From the NCBI GenBank assembly GCA_958009085.1, contig OY253672.1:496001-560000 (forward strand): a stretch of 64,000 nucleotides of DNA, in the 5' to 3' direction. Positions 11,472-23,008 of the stretch are shown in pieces (the stretch's first letter is position 1; each line of letters starts with the position of its first letter). Source of the DNA: Protoeuglena noctilucae. Taxonomy: Eukaryota. Position numbers and translations under genes: made by a program. Under the pieces are notes generated by a model. The model searched no databases and had not been told where the DNA came from. It saw only the letters and a program-made list of their open reading frames with translations.

Positions 11472-14400
11472 ATGTGGTGGAAGAAGTTCAACTTCTACTC
11501 CGTCAGCGAGATTGCTGACCACAGCGTGCCTCAGGGCATCCTGTGCCATGCATCCGGTGCGCCGCGGTTTGTTGGGGGCCCCGGAGCCGCTCGGGCCGTA
11601 TCTCTCCACCGAGATGCCCCCGATGTGTACATATTCCTTGCAATTGTTCGTGCACTAACTCGCCAGCTGCATACAGCCGGCGGGTAGGCGCCACTCGCGG
11701 CGTTGCCCTGGGCCCCTTTTGGCCCGCGTGCCGACGGCCCCTCCGTGCACCACGCGACGTCGTGACTCGATCTTGCATCGCTAGTGCATGTCACGGTCCC
11801 TAAGCGCCGCTAGCCTTCCGGACCGCGTCGCGGGAGATGGCGAAGCGGGCCCTCTTTTCACGCTCCATGTTTCATAACCCCCGATGTCGCGCTCCGCGCC
11901 CGCAGGGGGCTCCAACATCTTCTTCGGCTGCGACGACGGCATGATCCATGTGCTGGACTCGTCGCTGAGGGTCTTCAAGGCCTTTATCGCCTACCAAAAG
12001 GGCGTCTCTGCGCTGGCAAGTGCCCGCCCGCAGCTGCGCGCTACACCCCGCGCCCGCCTCCCTACCCGCGCCCCCTTCTCTTATTACTCCATTCCCAACG
12101 TATCTCCACAGTTCCCGCTTTCCGGCGACGTGCTGGCCGCGCTAGGGTCCGATGACCCCTCGCACCCTCTCAAGGCTTGCTCCCTCAAGTGCTGGGACCT
12201 CCCCGCCATCCCCGACAACCCAATGGTCGCGCCGGCGGCCACCGTCGACCTCTTCCCTCGCCGCGGCGCGGCGCTGTCGCGGGAGCGGCTGCCCGACGCC
12301 ACTGTCACTGCTGCTGCCCTCGCCCCCACCTCCGCCCGCGCCGCGCCACCCCCCGGCCCCGCGGATGCGTCCCGGCAGCACCCGCTCGCCTCCGCGACGC
12401 TGCTGGCGGCGCTGTCGGACGGGACGGTGCGCGTGATGCAGGGGGACCTGCGCAGCAGCGCCCGTACGGTGCGCAGCACGCTGGACCTGAAACGCCAGAT
12501 CGGGACCGCAGGAAACGCCGAGGGCACTGCCCCGGAGCAGGTCGCGTCGGCGCATTCGGTCCTCGCCACCCCCCGCGGGGCCTTCCTGGTCTCGTCCTCG
12601 CACGTGCTGTTTCTGACGCTGCCAGACATGCGTGTCGCGACGCTGGACGCCCCCGGGTGCGCCCCGGGGCTCTGCTGCCTGGGCCCGGACGGGTCGTTGG
12701 TGGTGGCGCGTGACGAGGCGCTTCAGATATACACGGAAGAAGGCAGGGGCCCGTGCTTAGCGCTACCGGTCCAGAAGTCGCGCATCGCGTGGGCGGGCGA
12801 GGCACTACTGGTGTCCTGGGCTCCCCCGCCGGTGTCGGAATCCGTGGCGGGCGTCACTGCTCCGCCCCCGCAACCCTCCTGGAGCCTTCATGACCTGCGG
12901 CACAAGCTGACGGTGTGCACGGTGGAGGGGGCGGCGGCCGAGCACGCGTTCGCGATAGGGGGCGCGGGGGGTGAGGGCTTGGGGAAGGGATGGGGCGTGT
13001 GTAACAGTGTGCGGGGTGTGGGAAAGGAGTGCAATGAGCTGGTCGGTGTACTGTGTTCACGCTGCTTTCTCATTCTAACGACACGCATCGGCTCATCGTA
13101 CCACCTGCCACCCAGTCATGGCAACTGCACCCCTCATCCCCCTTTCACTCCCTCACCCCATCACCCCACCCACCCCCTCTCACCACATCTCACCCCATCT
13201 CACCCCACCCCCAACCCAGACTGCGTGGTGGTCGACGACCATCACCCCACTCACCCCATCACCCCACTCACGCACCCCCCGTCCTCTCACCTCCCCTTCC
13301 CAGACTGCGTGGTGGTTGACGGCGCCCGCCGCGCCTGGCGCGTCTGCCAGAAACCCCTCCGCGACCGGATGGCCCTGATGCTGCGCAAACACATGTACGA
13401 GGCAGCGGTGGAGCTGGCGATAGAGAGCCAAGCGTCCAATGACACACTGGCGGACATTCGGCATCAGTGGGCGTCGCATTTGTACGCCCAGGGCGAGCAT
13501 GCGTTGGCCGTGGAGCAGTTCAAGGCCACGGTCGGGCACGTGCAGCCCAGCTCGGTGATTCGGCTGTTCCTGGGGCTGGAGGAGGTGAGGGGGGGGATGG
13601 GGGGGTGAGGGGTGGGGGTGGAGGTGAGGGGGGTTGGTGGGGTGGTGGAGGAGGTGAGGGGTGTGCTGTGGGGCTGGAGGAGGTGAGGGGGGTGGGGTTG
13701 GGGTGTGTGGGGCTGAGGTGGGGTTGGAGGAGGTGAGGGGGGTTGCTGTGTTGTGCTGTGGGGTGGGGGGTAGGGTGCTGTGGTGGTGCAATTGGAGCAC
13801 TTGCACAATCAAGCTAACCATCCATGAGTTAGAACCAAACAGTGTGTTACCGAGCAATCCCTTCCCCCTAACTCCCCCCCAGATGCCCAACCTGGTCGTG
13901 TATCTGGAGCACCTGCATGACCGTGGTTTGGCGACCCGCGAGCACACCACGCTGCTCCTCAACTGCTACTCGCACCTGGGGGACGAGGGGAAGCTGGGGC
14001 AGTTCATATGCGGGGATGCGGACATGGCGAAGGTGAGAGATGGAGAGATAGTGATAGTGTTATTAATTGTGATGAGAGATGGGTGATGGTGATGGTGATC
14101 ATGATAAGAGATGGGGCAGATCATATGCGGGGATGCGGACATGGCAAAGGTGAGAGGAGAGATGGGGTTGGTGCATGTGATGACAGGGGGGTTGAACGAT
14201 TATTCTGTGGTGGCTGTCGATGAGCACCCATCATGTTATCATATACACCACTCCCATCCATCTCCCACCTCCACCTCCACCCCCAGGCCCTGTGGTGGCT
14301 GTCGATGAACACCCCCCCCGAGGTCCGCTCCGAGCCGCGCCTGGCGCACGAGTTTCATGCGGACACGGCCGTGGGTGTGCTGCGTCAGACGCGCTACTTC

Positions 14401-17400
14401 CACCACGCCCTGTTCGTGGCCAGCGCGGTGGAGAGGCACGATTTGGTATTGCAGATACTGGTGAGGGTTACAATGATATGGATGGGGTGTTGGATGGAAG
14501 TAGATGGTTGATGTTGTGGAGGAGAGGCACGACTTGGTATTGCAGATACTGGTGAGGGGGATGGATGGGGTGACTCGGGTACTATATGGATGGGGATAGA
14601 TGGTAAGATGGTTAATGATGATGAGTGGAGGGACGGTATAACTGGGTGCTGCGGGTACCATACTCTACTAACACTCTCCCCATGCCCACTCCCCCCCGCA
14701 GACCAGGGACCTCAAGCGCTGGGAGGACGCCATCCGATTCATCAAGGCACTCCCACTGGTGAGACATGGGCCATTACCATGGTAACTACCGCACGCAATG
14801 CTTTGTCAGTCACTGACGAGCAACAACCACAGACACCCACCTTGGACCATCCATCGCACCTTCATTGCTCATTGCTGACATTACACAACACCCACACTGC
14901 TACCCACACTGCTACCCACACCCTCCCACCCCTCACAACACTTCCAACATCCCTCCCTTTCTCACCCCTCCCCCCAGGACCAAGCCCTGGCAGCCGTGGC
15001 GGACTGTGGCGACATGCTCATGGACGGCGCACCCGACCAAACCACAGACATGGTGGTCAGTCTATGCATCCAGAGCCTCACTGCACAGTCACAGCCACAG
15101 TTACAATCCCATTCACAGCGACAGTCTCACCCCAGCCACCCCCACACCACCGCCGCCGCCACCGCTACCACCCACCCCTCCCAACGCCACCCCACTGACA
15201 CCACCAAGCGCCCCGCGGGCCCCGCGCCAACCCCCGCACTGCGCCCCGGCCAGCGCGCGCCCCCACGCAAGCCCACGGACTTCCTCGACCTATTCATCGG
15301 TCGCAATAGGGCGTACCCGTCGCAATGTGTCGCTTTCTGTCGGCAACTGCTGCGGCAGGGATTGGTGCGGAGGGACGCGGAGCAGACGGCGGGGCTGGTG
15401 CTGGAATTGGTGACAGAATTGCTGTTTCAATGGGCGGAGGTGCGGAGGGGGCGGGAGGAGGGGCGGGGTGGGGAGGGCGGGGTGGGTGGGGTGGTGGGGG
15501 ATGAAGTGGGGGGTGAAAGGGGGGTTGAAAGGGAGGGTGAGAGGGAGCATAAGGGAGATTATAAGGGAGACAAGGGTGGGCATGGAGTGCGGGGAAAAGG
15601 GAGGAAGAAAGAGAGGGGGAAGGGAGGGGGTGGGGGGCGCGGGGGTGATGGGGATGGGGTGGGGGAGCGGAGTAATGGGGTAGGGGGTGGGGCGAAGGGG
15701 GGTGTTAAGAAAGCGTCTGCTGGGGGTGTGGATGGGGAGGGGGAGAGGGGCGGTGGTGGGGAGGGGAGTGCGGGTGCAGAGAATGGCAAGCGCGGTGCGG
15801 GTGCAGGTGACAGTGCAAGTGCGGGTGGCAACGGGGTTGCAAGCGGCAATGGTGGTGCGGTGGATTGGGATTCAGAAGAGAGGTCGGCGAGCGATGCTGT
15901 GATGGAAGTATTGAGGGACTTCTGGCCCCCAGGGCATTCCCCCAGCTACGATCCAGAAGAGATGCTGCTGCTGTGCAGAGTCACGCACTACCTGAGGGGG
16001 CTGGTGTTCCTGGTGAGATGCTGCTGCTGTGTAGAGTTGCCACCCCCATCACCAACCCCACTGCCACCTTTACCCCCACCCCCACTCCCACCCCCACTGC
16101 CACCCCCACTGCCACCCTTATCACCACCCCCACTCCCACCCCCACTGCACCCTCACAACCACCCTTATCACCACCCCCACTGCCACCCCCACTCCCACCC
16201 CACCCCTCACCCCTCACCCATACCCCACCCCCCCTCCCCCCCAGTTCGAGCGCCAAGGCCTGCTCCGCCACGCTCTCTTGGTGGGCATAGAGACGGGCGA
16301 CCCATCGGCAGTGATTGCCATGGCCACTCGACTATGCAGCCCCAATGCGGGGGGCGACGCGGAGCTATGGGGCGACGTGTTGATGTGGCTGGCATCCCGG
16401 GGACAGTCGGCAGAGCCAGACATCCGCGCATCGCTAGCGCATGTGCAAGGGCAGGGTATGGGGAGGGGGTTGCACCCCACACGTGTGCTGGAGTGTCTGC
16501 AGAAGGGGGATGGGATACGGGTGGTGGCGGTGAAGGATTATTTGGCCAGGCATTTGAATCTGCGGTGCCGGTGCATTTTGGAGGACTGCGCGGCCACGGA
16601 GGTGAGGGGTGATGGTAGCGGTGGGGGTGATGGCAGCGGTGGGGGTGTTATTGATAGTGAGGATAATTATGATGATAAAGTGTGTGACAATGAGTATGTT
16701 TTGAATGTCAACACCCAATCTCCTCCATTAACCCCCCACCCCCCCCCTCTCAGCGTTTGTTAGACGAGGCCGCCTCCACTGCCACCCCTTACACCCTCAC
16801 CCTCACTCTCACCCCCTCACATCCATTGTCCCACTCTCACATTAACACCCTCTCTCCCCCACTCTCACATCCCCCCGCTCCCCTCCCACTCTCAGCGTCT
16901 GTTAGACGAGGCCGCCTCCACCCGCCGCCACACCCACCGCCTGCGCGTGGACCCACTCGTGTTCGACTCTGCCAGATGCGACGCCACGGGACAGCCCCTG
17001 GAGCTCCCCACCGTGCACTTCCGATGCGGCCACTCGTTCAACGCAAGTGCGCTGGGGGAAGAGGAGGAGTGCCCGTTGTGTTCGTCGCGACACAGGACAC
17101 TGGCGCAGATCCGGGCGGCCATGCGGCCCACGCCGGTGCTGGAGGAGCGGCTCGCGAGGGAGAGGGAGGGGGCGGAGGATGCGGCGGAAGGTGAGGGTTG
17201 GGGGGGTGGGGGGTGGGGGGTAGCGGCGGTGATATGGGTGGCAGTGGGGGTAGCGGTGGGGGTGGTTGTAAGGGTAGCGGTGAGGGTAGCGGTGGGGGTG
17301 GTTGGAAGGGTAGCGGTGGGGATGAAAGCGGGGTGCGGGTGTGGCAGGGCTTTCTCACATTAAATCCAATCCATCACACCCATTACAACCCTCTCCCCCC

Positions 17401-17970
17401 CCTGCAGTGTCTGCCGAGTACATTGGCGCGGGTGCGTTGGGGTCGGTGTGGGGTGTGCTGAGCAGGGATCACGGCGATGAGAGCCGGGAAGAGAGGGAGA
17501 CGCTGGTGGCGGTGATGGCGGCCAGGCTGGGGGGCGTCGACCTGGCGTTGGAATACCTGGGGGTGAGGGGTGGGTGGGGGTGGGGTGTATGTGAATGTTA
17601 CAATGGAGTACCTGGGAGTGAGTGGAGATGGAATGGGTGGGTGTAAGAGTGGGAGTGGATGTGGTGAGAGTGGGTGGTGGGAGTGATGTGGATGTCGCAT
17701 AAGCGTACCTGGGGGTAGGGGTGGATGAGGTGGGGTGTATGTGAGAGTGGGTATGGTATAAGCTGGGTGAGTGAGAGTGGGAGTGGGGTGGGTGCGAGTG
17801 GATGTGGCGGTGAGATTGGTAGCACAGTAACTCTGACCTTCTCCAACCAACTCTCCCCCCCACTCCCCCAGAGTGCGCGTGCGGGTGAGGATCTCTTTGG
17901 CCGCGATGACCCCACTTTGGATGTGCTGGCGGCGGAGGACATGGTCATGCCCACGCCACGGGAGGTGTGA
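11472..17970 (+). CDS. VPS11: Vacuolar protein sorting 11 (HOPS/CORVET core subunit)
   Basis: N-terminal MWWKKFNFY; IFFGCDDG; clathrin-repeat region (LRKHMYEAAVELA, HLYAQGEH, YLEHLHDRGLATREHTTLLLNCY); C-terminal RING-like LELPTVHFRCGHSF..ECPLC; last exon boundary tentative. Confidence 0.93.
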
Positions 17971-18357
17971 GAGATGGGGAGAGTGATGGGGTGTCGGGGG
18001 AGGGATGGGGAGATGGAGAGGGGGAGAGGTGGGAGATGGGGTAGATATGTGGTGGTGCTAATGGGATGGGATGGGAGGGGTGGGATGTGAGTAGTACGTC
18101 GTAACAGATCGTAGCCAATCGCACCCGCACGCGCCTGAGGGCCGCACTGCTCTCCGAAGCTTCAAGCGTTTCACTCACTTCGTGTGAGCCTCGCAAGCTG
18201 CTGCATCGAAGCAACGCCTTCGCTCTTCAAAGCACTGTGTCCGCGAAACCAAAGCGCAAAGTTGCGACACTCAACGCCACATCCACGCACAGCCACCTCC
18301 CATCCCACCTAACTGCACCACCCAACCCCCCCACCCCACATACCCCCCCAAACCCAT

Positions 18358-19277
18358 TCACGCCCCCCCCGCCCGCTGCCTCTGCACCTGCTCCGTCCCC
18401 TGCCGCAGCAGATCCGCCACCTCCCCCGGCCGCACCTCCCCGTGCTGCATCTTCTGAACCAGCAGCGCCGCCTCCGGTCGGCGCAGCAGGCCCTTCACGT
18501 TGCGCAGTCCGGTCCCGAAACACACCCCGCACACCAGCTGGCCCCGGCCGAAGCACTGGGGGCACTCGGTGAACTCATACGTGTCCACGGTCCGCTTGCG
18601 GTTGAGCGCGCGCCACTTCCCCGTGCCCCCGCACATGTCGCACGGCACCGCGCCGTTGCCCCCGCACTCGAGACAGGTGTTGCGGGGGTCGCGGGCCATC
18701 GCGCCCAGGTCCTCCGCGCGCGCGGAAGGGGCGGACAGCGCCGCCGCCGCGCACGCGCCGAACAGCAGCGTGCGGCGACGGTCCGTGATCAGGCGGGGGA
18801 CGCACACGTGAGAGACCTGCAGAGAGTTGCAGAGAGGGAATGAGGGCGGGAAGGGCCCGGAGGACGCGGGACGACGCTGCGAAGTGCGGCCCACACGTCA
18901 CCTCGGAATCCCCCGCGCGACTCTCGCGATCCGCGCCCTCCGCGCCGCTGGCCGAGTCATGGACGGCACGAGCGACGACGGCAGCCCGGCTGGGCCGCCG
19001 GTCCTGCAGAGGCGACGATGGCGGGGGACGTCCGCAGCAGACGCTTGCGTGTGGCTCGCTCCCGCGGCCTGGGCCGCCCTGACGCGGGCGCAAGCGTCGG
19101 AACGCATGCGTGAGTTTGACATGCGTTCACGTGCACCGCGCGGGGACAAAGCCTGTGCTCCGGGACGTCAGCACCCGAGGCTCGCGTCAATCCTCCCGCG
19201 CCGCCGTGCGCACGCACCTGGCGCCCACCCGCTGCACATGGACAGCTGCAAACGTGCGATCGGGTCAGCGGAAGCAT
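18358..19277 (-). CDS. PSA2: Photosystem I assembly 2-like DnaJ-type zinc-finger protein, thylakoid-targeted
   Basis: [60 protein letters not shown]; twin-Arg RRRTLL..ARA lumen signal; first exon (ATG 19277) tentative. Confidence 0.85.
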
Positions 19278-19499
19278 GGTGCGCCGCCGCGAGCGATCGA
19301 CGTGGCTTGGGTCGTGGAACGAGTCGATATGGCGATCCAGAACCCGCGATGGGACCTCCAGGCAGTTCTGGGAATGCCGTTTGAGGTGCTCACGATGCGG
19401 GCTTGTGCAGAGAGCGAGCCTTTCTTACCTGACAGCGCCGCGCCAGCGAAGCCCGTGAATTGAAGGAACCGCTTTTCCTTCACCCTTTCGCTCCCAACA

Positions 19500-22400
19500 A
19501 TGCAGTCACTCTCCGGTCATACATGGCACCTGGCGAATGATGTAGCGCCAAGCCATAGCGTCGCGACAATGGCAGGACATCCCGGCCACGCTGGGGCTGC
19601 TGCGCCCTTGGACGAGGCCTGGAAGAGCTATGGGACGGTCTTCACGCACGCCAAGGCTGGAATGGAGTGCGACATGGACCGGGTCAAGCGCGTCGTGTAC
19701 GAGAAGAGCAAGGGCTCCGACTTCTTCGCCGAGCAGGAGCGTCGGCAGGCCAAGGCCGACCGCCGCATCGAGGAGATGCGCGCGCGTGCAGCCTCGCTGT
19801 CTGCTGAGGCTCTGCAGTCCTTCCAAGCCCGCGCGGACGCGTTGCTGGCGACGCTCGAGGCGCAGCGCGACTTGACGCGGACCTGGCTGCACGTTGACAT
19901 GGATGCGTTTTACGCGAGCGTCGAGGAGCTCGACGACCCGTCGCTAAAGTGCAAGGCCATGGCCGTCGGAGGCATCGCGATGATCACGTGCGCGCGCAGC
20001 GATGCAGCGCGTAGCTGCGCTCCGCTTTCTTGCTCGACGCGCGTTATCGTCAAGCACACTAGCTTTCCTCTCCGTTTCTCCGCGCAGTACGTCGAATTAC
20101 GAGGCGCGCAAGTTCGGCGTCCGCTCGGCCATGCCGGGATTCATCGCCAAGGAGCTCTGCCCGCACCTGGTGTTGGTGCCGCCTCGCTTCGACCGCTACC
20201 GCCAGATGAGCGAGGTCGTGCGGGGCGTGCTGCGGGGATTCGACCCGGAATTCGAGGTGACGGATGAAATATGTTGCAAACGAAGCTGCTTGCGAGATCC
20301 GTTGGTTGGTTCGCGCGACACTGCTTCATACTCATGAGGCTGCTCCTGTTATAACAACACATGCCACATCCCCACCCCTCTCCACCATCCCCGCAGTCTT
20401 TAGGTCTGGACGAGGCATCCCTGGACATCACAGACCACTGCCTCCGCACGGGGCAGGACCCATGGGACGCCGCAAACGTGCTACGCGCAAACGTGCTACA
20501 TGCCACGGGCGGCCTCACCTGCAGCGTGGGCATTGCCCCGAACCGCGTCCTCGCCAAGGTGTGCGCGGACCTGCGCAAACCGGACGGGCAGTATCGGTTG
20601 GAATCTTCCCCCGACGCCGTGCGGAGTTTCCTACGCGCGCTGCCAGTCCGCAAAGTGCCAGGGGTGGGGCGTGTCATGGAATCTACCCTGGCGGCGCTGG
20701 GGGTGCGGACGTGCGGGGATGTGGTGGAGCAGCGGGGAATGGTGCAGGCCCTGTTCAGCGCCGCTCAGTCGGACTTCCTGCTACGGGCGGCGGCGGGGGT
20801 CGTGCGGGCCAGGCACCCAGGTGGGTTGGGGTGGGGGGTGGATGGGGTGTTTTAGAGTGAGATGCGTTGGGTGGGCTGGGGTGGGGGTGTCATCGCATGG
20901 GGCTCAGATGCGGCACCCAGGTGGGGGTGGATCGGCTGGGTCTCAGTGCCCCGTGTCGCCACCCCTATCTCACCACCCCCTGTCACCACCACCCGTCCCT
21001 CACCACCAACCCCCCCTCACCCCCCTCACCACCACCCCCCCCGCAGCCCCCCTCCCCCCCGGCGCCGTCTCCCGCAAAGGCATGTCCACCGAGCGCACCT
21101 TCCCCCCCACCAGCGACCCCCAATTGCTGGAGAGTCGATTGGTCGATATCGTCAATAGACTCTGTGAGCATCTGGGGGAGGAGGAGCTGAGTGCGCGCAC
21201 GGTGACGCTCAAAGTGAAGACGGCCACGTTTCAAGTGCGCACCAGGGCCGTTACGCTGCCCAGGTGAATGGATGGGGGGGGGGGGTGGACGGGGTGGAGG
21301 TAGATGGGGTAAGGGGGTGAGAGAGGGGTTTAATTACAAAACGTCAAAAGGCGGGAGGTCCACTCTTTACACACCCATTAGACAGCCCCAATACACACAG
21401 CCCCACCATCACACTCACCCCCCCCCTCTAACACACACCCCCAGGCCCGTCAACAAGCCCCAGGACATCCTCCCCCACGCCCTCTCCGCCCTCCGAGCCG
21501 AGATGCCCGTGCGTGTCAGACTGCTGGGTGTCAGGGTGTCAGACTTCGGTGTCAGGCCGGGGGCGGCGGTGGTGGGCGCGGATGGCAGGCAACGGACCAT
21601 GGATGCGTGGGTGGGGGGGAAGGGGAGGGGTGGGGGTGGCAGTGGGGGTGGGGGTGGCAGTGGGGAGAGAGGGGGGTGCGACAGTGCGGTTGGTGGGGGT
21701 AGGGGGAGGAGAGAGGGGGAGTGGGGTGGTGCGGGGGTTGGGGAGCGAGGGGTGTGTGAGGATGGAGGTGACAATGGGGGTGACAGCGATGGGGAGTGTT
21801 TTTGGCGAGATGGGGAGGAGAGGGGAGGGGAGTTGTTGTGGGATGAGGGGACGGTGGATGGGGGTGCATCCCATGCAGGGATGAGTGAGGATGGGGAGCT
21901 GTGGGGTGGGGAGGGATTGGGGCAGAGGGTGGTCGGGTGGGGTGGGAGTGGCGAGGGCGGGGGTGGGGGCGGGGGCGGGGGTGGAGGTGGGGATGGGGCG
22001 TGCGGCAGGGGCAGGTTGCAAGCAGAGGAGAGGGGTGGAGAGAGAGATGGGAGAGAGGGTGCAGTGGTAGCGACAGAGAGTGCAGTGGGGGCGGGAATGG
22101 GTGCAGATATGACCGGCGTTGCACAAGGCAGTGAGATGAGAGAGGTTACAGATATGAGAGATGACCCACCCCCAGTCACACATCCAGATTACTTCCTGTG
22201 CCCTGACTGCGGTGCCCGCGTGGATGCAAGGGATGGGCAGGTGCACCGGGACTGGCACGTGGCGGTCAGGCGAGTGTTTGAATTTGAATGAGAGCGTTTA
22301 AATGTAAGGGTGAGTGTGCGTGAATGTGAGGGTGAGTGTGTTTGGACGCGTGGGTGGTCAGCGCGAGAGAGTGAGTGTGCACTTTTGAAAGTGTGCGTGC

Positions 22401-22580
22401 ATGCAAGCATAGACTGTCGTGATGGCGTGCATGTCTGCATCCCCCATCCCATGATATAGTACCCATTACCCATCAATCACCAATTGCCAATCCCCCCTCG
22501 CTCCCCCACCCCCCAGGCTTCGCGCACAGCAAATGGAAGAGTCGGGGATTGCAACAAGTGTCACCACGCGAATAACTTAG
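19500..22580 (+). CDS. POLK: DNA polymerase kappa (Y-family, DinB) with C-terminal UBZ zinc finger
   Basis: KAGM, IYEKSKGS-like motif, [80 protein letters not shown]; first in-frame stop TAG 22578-22580 (frame stays open to TAA 22698-22700). Confidence 0.95.
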
Positions 22581-22808
22581 ACCCCAATATCACAGAGAAA
22601 GAGGGGCAGGGGCAGAGAGGGCAGTGGTGTGGTTGATAACAGAGGGGGTCGGGGGAGCAAGGGCATTGAGAGGTGGCTGGCCAAGGCTGGCGGTGTGTAA
22701 CAACGAGAAGTAATCAATGATGTCTTGATTGTATCTAGCGTTGATTCCGAGCGTTAATTGTCTATAACTGAGTTCAGTACTCTTTCATACCGAGCGTCGC
22801 AGTCGTTA

Positions 22809-23008
22809 NNNNNNNNNNNNNNNNNNNNNNNNNNNNNNNNNNNNNNNNNNNNNNNNNNNNNNNNNNNNNNNNNNNNNNNNNNNNNNNNNNNNNNNNNNNN
22901 NNNNNNNNNNNNNNNNNNNNNNNNNNNNNNNNNNNNNNNNNNNNNNNNNNNNNNNNNNNNNNNNNNNNNNNNNNNNNNNNNNNNNNNNNNNNNNNNNNNN
23001 NNNNNNNN
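22809..23008. other. Assembly gap (200 N)
   Basis: Run of n characters. Confidence 1.

Noticed and set aside
11213..11518. 101-aa ORF between the NAA35 and VPS11 starts
   Set aside because: Overlaps the VPS11 start out of frame and lies in a short promoter; at most a uORF, with no supporting evidence
13571..13740. Repeat-spacer pattern resembling a CRISPR array (also 23912-24095 and 52975-53181)
   Set aside because: Eukaryotic introns; the repeats are copies of the neighbouring exon end, differ at each locus and have no cas genes
21415..22258. Long Pro/His-rich antisense ORFs (and many similar ones in the ORF track)
   Set aside because: Shadows of G-rich sense sequence in high-GC DNA; no domain motifs
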